A stretch of 42,748 nt of DNA from a virus: the UHGV virus genome UHGV-1372698. One strand, written 5' to 3'. Within the stretch, counting starts at the first letter, position 1. Every line of letters starts with the position of its first letter. This document shows, piece by piece, positions 16,199 to 24,052 of the stretch. The position numbers were made by a program, and so were the translations under genes. The notes below the pieces were generated by a model. That model saw only the letters and a program-made list of their open reading frames with translations. It had not been told where the DNA came from and did no database searches.

Positions 16199-16290
16199 TA
16201 GATGGATTATATACCATCGCCCTCACGTCGATTCCTAGAGCTGCTAAGGAAGGAATGCAGGAAAACATGAGGGCGATAGTATTCTCTTGT
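16199..16290 (-). promoter_or_regulatory. predicted leaderless promoter for the holin-like genes, with an operator-like inverted repeat overlapping it
   Basis: TATATAAT lies 7 nt from the ATG at 16198. The inverted repeat is ATACCATCGCCCTCA (16211-16225) and TGAGGGCGATAGTAT (16268-16282). Region is AT-rich. Confidence 0.4.
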
Positions 16291-16369
16291 TGCACCGTCG
16301 GAACGCGTAGGAAAATATTTGTGTATTAACCAATAAAGCGGTACAAGGAAAGTATAGCACACAATAAAA

Positions 16370-16412
16370 GCAAGTCTCCGGACGATCTTTCATTGACCGT
16401 CCGGAGACTTGC
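16370..16412 (-). terminator. intrinsic terminator after the endolysin (15-bp perfect stem GCAAGTCTCCGGACG, then a T-tract on the minus strand)
   Basis: Minus-strand read: hairpin followed by CTTTTATTGTG. Confidence 0.65.
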
Positions 16413-16540
16413 TCTACCACTGTCACAGGAGATCACGGAGAGGGAAGAGAGTGAAGCTCTCCGCATGTCACATCTATCGTGGAACGACACTCAGCATAAT
16501 ACTAGCCGAATATGCCACGATAAAACACCAACATGTCGCG

Positions 16541-18049
16541 TCAGGAATTCTGCTCCGGAGCCGGAGCCGGAGACTCCGGAGTGGGAGTGGGAGACTCTGC
16601 GACACCATCATGCGCCTGCAAAGACGACGGCGTAGACACAGCCTTACGAATCTCGTTCACGGCACCATAAATCGCACCCGCCTCACGCACATTCTCCTGA
16701 CCAGGAGTCACAGAATGCAGAATCTGATCCACAGACGCGTGAATAGACTTAACCTCCTCATAGGTCGCCTTGGCGTACCAATTCATGTCACCCGCAAAGT
16801 GGTCCCCCGCCTTTCCACTACGGAAAAGATCACGAATCTCCCTGAGCAGATCAACGCCCTCGCTCATATCCCAAAACTCCTCTCCGGCGCCCCCAGACGG
16901 ACGACCATAATCATACCAAGACTTGCAACGATTACTGAAAAGAATCCCATAAGACTCATACGCGTCATACGGATTCCCTGAATTATACCGCGACCCAACG
17001 CGCTTCAACGCTTCATAGCTGTCGCCTTCGGCGTTGATAAGATCACGAAGAATACGACAGCCGACTTCAGCCGACTTCTCCGGCATCCACCATTCACGAT
17101 CCGGGTCATCAAAGAAATACCCCGGATACGTGATCTGCAACGGGCCGACACCGTTCGAGTTTTCGCCGTCTCGAATTGCCGCAAGGAATTCGCGGAAATT
17201 CTCCTCGGTCACTTCCTCACCGTGCGGGCCGGCGCCCCCAGCGTCGTGTCCGTAAATGTTCGCACCGCGTTCGCCGGTTTCCATCCACAGGCACGCCAAG
17301 GCTGCCCACCAAGGGCAATTCTCCGCATCGGCGGCCCTGAGAACGGCCTCCTGGATTGAAGAAAGGCGGTATGAGCCTGCAGCCTCGTGCCCGTTATCAG
17401 CATCGGTCCGCTTTCCGAAACGAATGCATGTGGACCACGAGGCCGCGACAGTCATCGGGTGACTACTGTACCGGACTACGTGAGTCTCGTAGCCGGTCTG
17501 ATCCCCCATCTGGCCTTCTGAAATGTCGCCATTCTCATTGATCCACGCCTCGGCGAGGAGGGGATCGCCCGCGTTGAATGAACCGTCGTCTTCGCGCACA
17601 CACATTGCGACATGGCCGCCGTCTCCGGTAGTTTTCAGGACCATGTCGCCGACATGGAATCCCCCCGACGGAGTAGACCCGTACCACGTGTCCCCGATAT
17701 CCATGAAACCGCGATTAGCGGCCAAAGAATTCAGAGTTTCGGTCCATGTTTCGCCGGTTCGCGGGAACATGATCGGGTCATCCCAGCCGGTTCCCCAAAC
17801 ATTGTGGAATGCAATATTGTAGGCGCCTGCTACGCCGCTACTGCAATCCATGTCGCCGGGTCCTGTTTTCCAGCCGGCATCATTGCTATTCCAGTAGCAG
17901 GTCCACCGGTTATCCTGGGCGTACCCGGTGCCCCCGTAGTCGCCTGTGGTGCACCAATATTTCATTTCCGACGCAGCGTATTCTGTGACGGAATCTGCCA
18001 ATTTTGCACCGCCTTTCGTAAAGGTTTTCGGTGGTCTTAATTTTATCAT
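16541..18049 (-). CDS. endolysin: CHAP peptidase + SLT-type lytic transglycosylase
   Basis: CHAP Cys/His (DCSSGVAGAY ... GHVAMC). SLT motifs (LWMETGERG, GPLQIT, YNSGNPY). Pro/Thr-rich C-terminal tail. Start placed at MIKLRPP downstream of a TTGACA promoter-like element; ORF extends to 18136. Confidence 0.75.
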   Translation of the reverse strand: MIKLRPPKTFTKGGAKLADSVTEYAASEMKYWCTTGDYGGTGYAQDNRWTCYWNSNDAGWKTGPGDMDCSSGVAGAYNIAFHNVWGTGWDDPIMFPRTGETWTETLNSLAANRGFMDIGDTWYGSTPSGGFHVGDMVLKTTGDGGHVAMCVREDDGSFNAGDPLLAEAWINENGDISEGQMGDQTGYETHVVRYSSHPMTVAASWSTCIRFGKRTDADNGHEAAGSYRLSSIQEAVLRAADAENCPWWAALACLWMETGERGANIYGHDAGGAGPHGEEVTEENFREFLAAIRDGENSNGVGPLQITYPGYFFDDPDREWWMPEKSAEVGCRILRDLINAEGDSYEALKRVGSRYNSGNPYDAYESYGILFSNRCKSWYDYGRPSGGAGEEFWDMSEGVDLLREIRDLFRSGKAGDHFAGDMNWYAKATYEEVKSIHASVDQILHSVTPGQENVREAGAIYGAVNEIRKAVSTPSSLQAHDGVAESPTPTPESPAPAPEQNS

Positions 18050-18255
18050 GAGCGCCTGAATGCGTCCGTAGCATATATAGGTACGTGCGCGCGCGTATAC
18101 CATACACACCCCAGCGCCTGTCAATACCTCACACACATTGATTTTGTGGGGTAGGTCACCGTCACGTAGGGTTGACCCACGGCACGCGGGAGAGCATGAT
18201 TAAGTCATCGGCAGGGAGGACAAGCCACCCAGCCGGGGATAGAGAGGACGAGACA

Positions 18256-18549
18256 ATGGCCACCACCGAGAACATCGCCACCGACACCGACATTGCCTAC
18301 GCCGTCGGCACCGCCGCCAACGCCTGGGGCAACACGGACTACTGGACAGACGAGACCGGCAACGTCATCGGCCTCAAGCGAAGCACCACCGACGGCGGCC
18401 AGACGCTCGGACTCCACGTGTGCGACGACGTCGTCTCCTGGGGACTCTGGCAGTACGACGCCGATGGATTCACCATCGTCCACGACGGACTCTCCTACCT
18501 GACAGACGAGACCATCGCCTACCTGGCCGATTGGTGGCTGGAGCACTGA
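18256..18549 (+). CDS. hypothetical acidic protein
   Basis: ATG preceded by GATAGAGAGGACGAGACA. Followed by a perfect 14-bp hairpin. Confidence 0.5.
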   Translation: MATTENIATDTDIAYAVGTAANAWGNTDYWTDETGNVIGLKRSTTDGGQTLGLHVCDDVVSWGLWQYDADGFTIVHDGLSYLTDETIAYLADWWLEH

Positions 18550-18561
18550 CACACACATAAC

Positions 18562-18595
18562 GGTGGTGGCCCGTCGCCCGTGACGGGCCACCACC
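18562..18595 (+). terminator. hairpin (14-bp perfect stem GGTGGTGGCCCGTC, 6-nt loop) after the 18256..18549 gene
   Basis: Read directly. No U-tract. Confidence 0.5.
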
Positions 18596-18635
18596 ACCCA
18601 CCATCACACACATATACTTTGAGGAGAGGATTACT

Positions 18636-19031
18636 ATGGCACGTCGTCGCACGGGATACGGATCATGCAAGACCACAGGAGGCGCCGTTTTCACTAATCT
18701 GAAGGGCACCAAGATTCATTTCCCCGCAAAGGGGTATGAGAAGGGCGAGAACGAATTTCGGGGTATCCCTGTTGAGCGAGTGACCGCTGTCGCAATTCTC
18801 ACTGGCGCCGACCTCGTGCAGGCCATTCCTGTTCAGCGGCCCGCCCTCGTCGGAAACGTTCGCAATGTTTTCATCCCCGAATGCGCCCACGATTCCTTCC
18901 TTGTGGTCTGTACTGAAGGGAACGTTTACCGAGTTTTCGATATCAGCGAGGAGGAGTTCGGGAACGCGCGTAGCCTGATCAATGATCTGCGTGAACTTCT
19001 CGGTGACGGGATCGAGTGGGTCAAAGCATGA
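18636..19031 (+). CDS. hypothetical protein
   Basis: ATG preceded by GAGGAGAGGATTACT. Confidence 0.5.
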   Translation: MARRRTGYGSCKTTGGAVFTNLKGTKIHFPAKGYEKGENEFRGIPVERVTAVAILTGADLVQAIPVQRPALVGNVRNVFIPECAHDSFLVVCTEGNVYRVFDISEEEFGNARSLINDLRELLGDGIEWVKA

Positions 19032-19216
19032 AATACCCGGCAATCCGCCGCATGGATGGGCGCGAGGACGAGGTTCGTCGCAAGACAGTCGAGTTTCAGG
19101 AGCACAAGAGGAATCGAGCGAAGAGAATCAAGAGCACGCGGCACACTAAGCGCACGAATTTCAATTACAGTGACGGTTGGACTAACCGTCTCATGGCAGA
19201 ACTGAACGGAAAGTGA
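19028..19216 (+). CDS. small basic protein
   Basis: ATGA overlap with the upstream stop. Lys/Arg-rich. Confidence 0.35.
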   Translation: MKYPAIRRMDGREDEVRRKTVEFQEHKRNRAKRIKSTRHTKRTNFNYSDGWTNRLMAELNGK

Positions 19217-19228
19217 GAAACAACTATT

Positions 19229-19519
19229 ATGTCTACTTTTTCGAGTGCCCCGCCGCCGCCTCAGCCTGCCCCGCCGCCGCCTCAGCCTGCCCCGCCGCCG
19301 CCCACATTGTCCGTTCCGCTCAGTGTGATGACGCCGCCGCGTCCCACGAATCGTTTCATGGCATGGCTCCGCAAGCCGAGATCCACGGGCGAAGGCATGG
19401 CAATGGGCGCGATCGCCCTCATCGTTGGAGTTATCGGACTGTCGTTGGCTTGGCGTGCTTTTTGGTGGCTTCAGGTGTTTTTCGCCTATTTCGCTACGGT
19501 CGGTACTCTCGGCAACTGA
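19229..19519 (+). CDS. membrane protein with N-terminal Pro-rich tandem repeat
   Basis: APPPPQP x2.7, encoded by a 21-bp tandem DNA repeat at 19247-19302. C-terminal TM (AIALIVGVIGLSLAW...). GAAAGTGAGAAACAACTATT leader. Confidence 0.5.
   Translation: MSTFSSAPPPPQPAPPPPQPAPPPPTLSVPLSVMTPPRPTNRFMAWLRKPRSTGEGMAMGAIALIVGVIGLSLAWRAFWWLQVFFAYFATVGTLGN
19247..19302 (+). repeat. 21-bp tandem repeat (GCCCCGCCGCCGCCTCAGCCT x2.7) encoding APPPPQP repeats
   Basis: Read directly, inside CDS 19229..19519. Confidence 0.8.
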
Positions 19520-19721
19520 GGTAGCGTGAATGATTGTGGACGTGGTGTTTTTGAAAACGGTTTGGCTGTACTTGCCGGACGGCAGTAAAGAGAGAATAAT
19601 AGCACAAACCGGCAGTGACAAGGGGATTAGTTTCGATTCTATTCATGGCGGTGTAGAGCGGAGACACTATTTCAAATATGACGAGTATTCTATTACTCAG
19701 ACAGAGAGAGGAGATTATATA

Positions 19722-20120
19722 GTGTCACCTGTAGATGATGAATATGCGGAGGATGATGTATACAAGAATGTCGTGTCTCACCCGTCACACTATGTGACCC
19801 TCGACCCCGAGCCCATCACTTTCATTCGCGACAAAGACTATCTGACCGGCAGTGCCCTGAAGTATATTTTCAGGGCCGGCCACAAGGATGGCGTTAACGA
19901 GAATGTTGACATGGGGAAAGCGGCGTGGTATCTGCGCGAACTCGTCGCAGAGCAAGGAGGCCAGACGGCGATCGCAATTCTGCGAAACGTCTGCTGGGAC
20001 ACTGTCGATAGACAACTCACCCCAAAGGATCGCGCCAGGGAAATCCAAAACCGGCTCATAGAGTTCGTGTCCGCCATTTACCACGATAGCCTCAACAACT
20101 ATATTCCAGAAGAGAGGTGA
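19722..20120 (+). CDS. DUF3310-family protein (T7 gp1.7 nucleotide-kinase-like family)
   Basis: HPSHYV..EPI.FI......GSALKYI.RAGHK......DMGKAAWYLREL matches the DUF3310 signature. GTG start 8 nt after AGAGAGAGGAG. ORF is open upstream to 19530, through a lower-GC stretch. Confidence 0.55.
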   Translation: MSPVDDEYAEDDVYKNVVSHPSHYVTLDPEPITFIRDKDYLTGSALKYIFRAGHKDGVNENVDMGKAAWYLRELVAEQGGQTAIAILRNVCWDTVDRQLTPKDRAREIQNRLIEFVSAIYHDSLNNYIPEER

Positions 20121-20584
20121 GCGTTACGGAGAATATTGTTAATATTGCTTTCGTTGATTTGGTGGAATTCAGGGGGAGGTGGGTGGCGACCGCGTTTATG
20201 CATGCCACCGACTGTGAATTCAGTATCAAAAGTAATTCTACCGATCCATCCACCACGATTCGCGAACTTATGCGCACCGTGCAACATGTTCAGGGAGTAA
20301 CACTTGCCTTGCGTTTATGGCGGGAAGGAAGGATCACTTTCACTAGGTGCACGCATTCGAATGAGATGGGCAAGTATGTGCTCACTTATAGTGACTCATC
20401 GGACGATGATGCGTACGTCTGTGCAATCGTGATGTCGGAGCGCGGTCGGGGCGCGATAGAAATCTTCCCGGGAGAGAGGCCTGCCCTTGCTTTTGAAGCC
20501 GAAGCAATTCTGCGTGATAAAGGTTATACGGTTCACATGATCGAGGAAAACGAAGACGGGAGACTATCGCGATGGCTACATTGA
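20117..20584 (+). CDS. hypothetical protein
   Basis: 155-aa ORF, GTG overlapping the upstream stop. Start uncertain. Confidence 0.4.
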   Translation: MSVTENIVNIAFVDLVEFRGRWVATAFMHATDCEFSIKSNSTDPSTTIRELMRTVQHVQGVTLALRLWREGRITFTRCTHSNEMGKYVLTYSDSSDDDAYVCAIVMSERGRGAIEIFPGERPALAFEAEAILRDKGYTVHMIEENEDGRLSRWLH

Positions 20585-21102
20585 GTGATTTCACTCTCCG
20601 ACGCAGAATCGATTGGGGCGAGCTTATCTCCGACTGGCAGAAGCCACTGTCTATTCAACCGGCGTCAGTAGAAGTGCGGCTAGACGAAAACATTATCGCC
20701 TACCGTCACGGTGACGAAAACATCACTATCGACGAGAATGGTTATAAACTGTTGCCGGGTGAGTTTATCCTCGCATCCACGCAGGAGAAAGTTAACGTTC
20801 CCGCCGACCTAGTAGCCAGGGTCGAAGGCAAGTCGTCATGGGCGCGACGCGGAATCCTCGTGCACGTGTCCGCAGGATACATCGACCCAGGATTCCAGGG
20901 AAACGTAACCCTGGAAATCGCTAACCTGCACTCCAGTAAATCCGCCCTCCTTTTCCCGGGGGATAGGATTGCGCAGATCGCTTTCGAGGACTTGGACAGG
21001 CCGGCCAGCATGCCGTACGGCACCAACGGTCTGGGTTCGCATTATCAGGGACAGGTCGGTGTCACACCGTCGGCCATGGAGGCGGATAATGCACAAGATT
21101 GA
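20572..21102 (+). CDS. dcd: dCTP deaminase (Dcd/dUTPase superfamily)
   Basis: ILAST.E.V..P......EGKSSWARRGILVHVSAGYIDPGFQGNVTLEIAN......GDRIAQI.F......YG......YQGQ.G.T.S is the Dcd signature. GGGAG RBS. Confidence 0.8.
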   Translation: MATLSDFTLRRRIDWGELISDWQKPLSIQPASVEVRLDENIIAYRHGDENITIDENGYKLLPGEFILASTQEKVNVPADLVARVEGKSSWARRGILVHVSAGYIDPGFQGNVTLEIANLHSSKSALLFPGDRIAQIAFEDLDRPASMPYGTNGLGSHYQGQVGVTPSAMEADNAQD

Positions 21103-21343
21103 CCGCCAGGAAATCGCGCTGACCATTGCTGGGGAATTGCGGGACACGATCACGCCGCCCCGCATTTCAGACCGCATGGGAGTTACCATCATTGACTCCC
21201 CATCGGGGAAAATCGAGGTCACCGATGATGGCGTTGCGGTGACGACGAAGCGCGGCGTCTCAGCGGGATGGACTCATAGGGATTCCTGTAGCCCGGAGCA
21301 TTCTGCGATGCGTTGCAGCCTACTTTTGCGGAGCGTCTCATGA
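21089..21343 (+). CDS. hypothetical protein
   Basis: ATG 7 nt after GGAGG, overlapping the end of dcd. In frame with ORF 20969..21343. Confidence 0.45.
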   Translation: MHKIDRQEIALTIAGELRDTITPPRISDRMGVTIIDSPSGKIEVTDDGVAVTTKRGVSAGWTHRDSCSPEHSAMRCSLLLRSVS

Positions 21344-21807
21344 CAGAGAATAAGCCAATGCAGGAGATTGAGCACGAGATCAGCCTCACACAGCTGTGGC
21401 TTCCGAAGCCCGACGTGTGCGACATTGACGAAGCACGCATGGCCGCTCGCCTGGAGTGGCACAACAACTATAAGGGCGGCAGTATTAACGTCACCGTAGA
21501 AAACGGCGACAGCGGAACTTACAGTAAATGGGTTATCTGTGGGTGGCCATTGAGCATTGTGGGCGTTTACCATGAAACAAGCGGCGAGAGCACATGCAAT
21601 CTTGCGCGCCGTCTAGCACGGCAATGGACTACCGTAGAGTGTGACGCAATCGCTGCCCGTCAATTCAGAGAGATCAACAATACGATTCACTCGATCCTGA
21701 ACTCACCATCGGTCACCGTTCAGGATGATGCGCGTTCCGACCTCATGGGCGTCCTAGATGATATTGCTCGCGAGCACGGAGGAGACTACCAACGCTTGGG
21801 ACTATAG
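21340..21807 (+). CDS. hypothetical protein
   Basis: ATGA overlap with the upstream stop. Last gene before terminator cassette 2. Confidence 0.5.
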   Translation: MTENKPMQEIEHEISLTQLWLPKPDVCDIDEARMAARLEWHNNYKGGSINVTVENGDSGTYSKWVICGWPLSIVGVYHETSGESTCNLARRLARQWTTVECDAIAARQFREINNTIHSILNSPSVTVQDDARSDLMGVLDDIAREHGGDYQRLGL

Positions 21808-21827
21808 TCTCTTGCGTCGGATGCGAA

Positions 21828-21882
21828 AACATTCCCCCTCACCACAGAAATCGTAGTGAGGGGGAATGTTTCACGTGAAACA
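21828..21882. terminator. bidirectional terminator cassette 2: 15-bp-stem hairpin AACATTCCCCCTCAC / GTGAGGGGGAATGTT overlapping one copy of TGTTTCACGTGAAACA (21867-21882), inverted relative to cassette 1
   Basis: Between the convergent plus accessory cluster (stop 21807) and the minus late operon (stop 21884). Confidence 0.7.
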
Positions 21883-21883
21883 C

Positions 21884-22873
21884 TCAAGCGCCAGGCTGCG
21901 GGGTCGGAGCCGCCTTCGCCTCCAACGCAGCAACACGCTCAGCCAACCCCAGGTAGCCGCCATGCCAAGCGATCACACGCTCCATAATCCAATCCGACGG
22001 AGGATTCTGATAGGGGTTCTTCTCTGGCACCCACTGGCCGCCCTCACCCTGCACCAGCTCGCCGTCGGTCACATACAAATGTGAGACGCCGAACGATGCG
22101 GCGCGGTCGATTACCTGCCGGAAATTCTCTTTCGTAACCCCGTGAATGACGTGCCACCACTTAGTGGAAGGTTGCGCACGCATCACATCATTCGCAATCG
22201 GGTTATTGGGGTCGTCTGTCAAATACTTGGCGGCGGTGTTCTCGAAGCTCATGCACACGTCGAAATCGAGCGCGCACACGGCCTCAGTAATATTACTGCC
22301 AGGGTTGATGGCGATTGTGAAATTCTTGCCGTAGGTGCGTCGAATTTCGCCGATGAGGTCACCGTACCATCCGACCCGTCCGGACTGGGCGCCCCAGCCG
22401 TTGATTACCTCGTCCAAGAATACGCCCTGGAAAAGACCATCATACTGGGATCGTAGGTTGGCGCACAGCTGCATAATGTATTCGCGCGTGAACTTGTCCG
22501 GGTCTGGCACGCCATTCCGGGCGGTGTCATCCTTAGCGAGTGACGCGACACCGTAGCGGGTAGGAATGTACCAAAGAATTCTCTTCGCCCCGGCCGCCTG
22601 GGCGCGCTGCGCCTGAGTAAGAAAATCATTGTCTTTGGCGGACCAATCACCGGTAGAACGGTTCATGATCACGTAGCCGAGCGCGTTCCCGTAAGCTAAC
22701 GTCTTGGCCCACTTTGAGACTTTTCCGGCCTGCCCCTCGTTGTAAAAATCGGGCCAGAAGTATGTGACGGGGGAGTAGTAGTGTCCGCCGACTGTGAAAG
22801 GCGAGATTGAGGAGAACAGTGGGGCGACCAGTTGGTCGACGCCGGCCTTAGTGTACCCAGTAATACTTGTCAT
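21884..22873 (-). CDS. putative TIM-barrel glycoside hydrolase (spherulin-4/GH114-like), tail-associated
   Basis: 329-aa last gene of the late operon, after the fibre genes. Motif impression only (YIPTRYG, DEVINGWG, hydrophobic/aromatic-rich barrel pattern). Confidence 0.35.
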   Translation of the reverse strand: MTSITGYTKAGVDQLVAPLFSSISPFTVGGHYYSPVTYFWPDFYNEGQAGKVSKWAKTLAYGNALGYVIMNRSTGDWSAKDNDFLTQAQRAQAAGAKRILWYIPTRYGVASLAKDDTARNGVPDPDKFTREYIMQLCANLRSQYDGLFQGVFLDEVINGWGAQSGRVGWYGDLIGEIRRTYGKNFTIAINPGSNITEAVCALDFDVCMSFENTAAKYLTDDPNNPIANDVMRAQPSTKWWHVIHGVTKENFRQVIDRAASFGVSHLYVTDGELVQGEGGQWVPEKNPYQNPPSDWIMERVIAWHGGYLGLAERVAALEAKAAPTPQPGA

Positions 22874-22882
22874 TGTGTTTTC

Positions 22883-23275
22883 TCACTCTCCGTAGGTCCA
22901 GGTAAGACCATCGTCACTGACGGTGATCTTGCCGGCATTGTCCTGGCCGCCGCCGCCGGGATTGCCAGGATCAGGGGTAGCGCCGCCATTCCATGCCGAC
23001 AGGGAGGTCACCTGCACGTCCCCCGAGGCCGGCAGCTCCGCCCCGCGCACTTCGCGCGCCCAAACGCCAGCGACATTCAGGACGATTGCCCATCGTCCGC
23101 CGTGACTGGCGTCTACCTCGACCTCGATCCTACCTTTGTCGTCAGCATCACCGCGCACCGGGGCGGGGACTGTCGTAATATTGTCGGACGTGTAGACGGT
23201 TTCGGGGCGGACGCTCATTGTGGCGTTGACTGTCTTGCCGGCGGCATTCACGACCGTTGCTATGACTTTAGTCAT
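22883..23275 (-). CDS. hypothetical tail/structural protein
   Basis: Start at MTKVIAT with GGTGA RBS; ORF open to 23296. Confidence 0.45.
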   Translation of the reverse strand: MTKVIATVVNAAGKTVNATMSVRPETVYTSDNITTVPAPVRGDADDKGRIEVEVDASHGGRWAIVLNVAGVWAREVRGAELPASGDVQVTSLSAWNGGATPDPGNPGGGGQDNAGKITVSDDGLTWTYGE

Positions 23276-23316
23276 ATTATTATCACCTATTTCCAATAGT
23301 GAACTATTTTTGTTGA

Positions 23317-24018
23317 TTACAGGTCAACGCGGGTCGCACCAAGAGTAGCCACCGTAAACACGGTCCCAGGGAAAACGCCGCCATCGTAATGCCAGTACGG
23401 GTCAGCACCATAGCTGCCCGCCGTAGTGTAAGCAACCCTATGTGAGCCGGCCTCTACGGAAAGGCGCCATTGCATATGGTGTGTCATGAACGTGCGATTG
23501 TACTGAATCTCGGTCTGCCAAATGCCACGATTATCGAGCTTGAACCCGAAGAAGTACGAGCCGACCGCCTTATCTTTCTCCTCCTCGGAATGATAATCCT
23601 CGTGCGCAATGCTCACACACACGTCAAGCGAGAACTCCATGAGACTCTTAATAGGCAGGGTAACGATACCGTCACCCCACGTGTAAGTGGCATGATCCGA
23701 GGTCGGACGTCCGCGCCCGTTCGTATTATCGCGGTGCCGATAAAGTACGCCACTGAATGAGTTCGCTGGGTTAATGTTGAATGCCCCGCCGTCACCCTTA
23801 GAGCCGTCGGCAGTGTACAGAATGTCGTCAATGATGAAAACGGCGGGGCGTGCCTTCGACACCGCCCCGGACGGCGCGGCCGCCAACATAACCCGCGCCG
23901 CGGCCACGGACGCCGCCGGCATAACCCTACCAGCGGAATCATCATACGCATCCCATGCCTCAATAAGGTTATCGTCTACCGTGGGGACGATACCGCCGGT
24001 CCACCTAGTATTAGGCAT
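23317..24018 (-). CDS. hypothetical tail fibre-associated protein
   Basis: 233-aa ORF between the fibre and the hydrolase-like gene. Confidence 0.45.
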   Translation of the reverse strand: MPNTRWTGGIVPTVDDNLIEAWDAYDDSAGRVMPAASVAAARVMLAAAPSGAVSKARPAVFIIDDILYTADGSKGDGGAFNINPANSFSGVLYRHRDNTNGRGRPTSDHATYTWGDGIVTLPIKSLMEFSLDVCVSIAHEDYHSEEEKDKAVGSYFFGFKLDNRGIWQTEIQYNRTFMTHHMQWRLSVEAGSHRVAYTTAGSYGADPYWHYDGGVFPGTVFTVATLGATRVDL

Positions 24019-24052
24019 ATTGTTTTCTCCTAAAAATATTGTTGCACAATCT

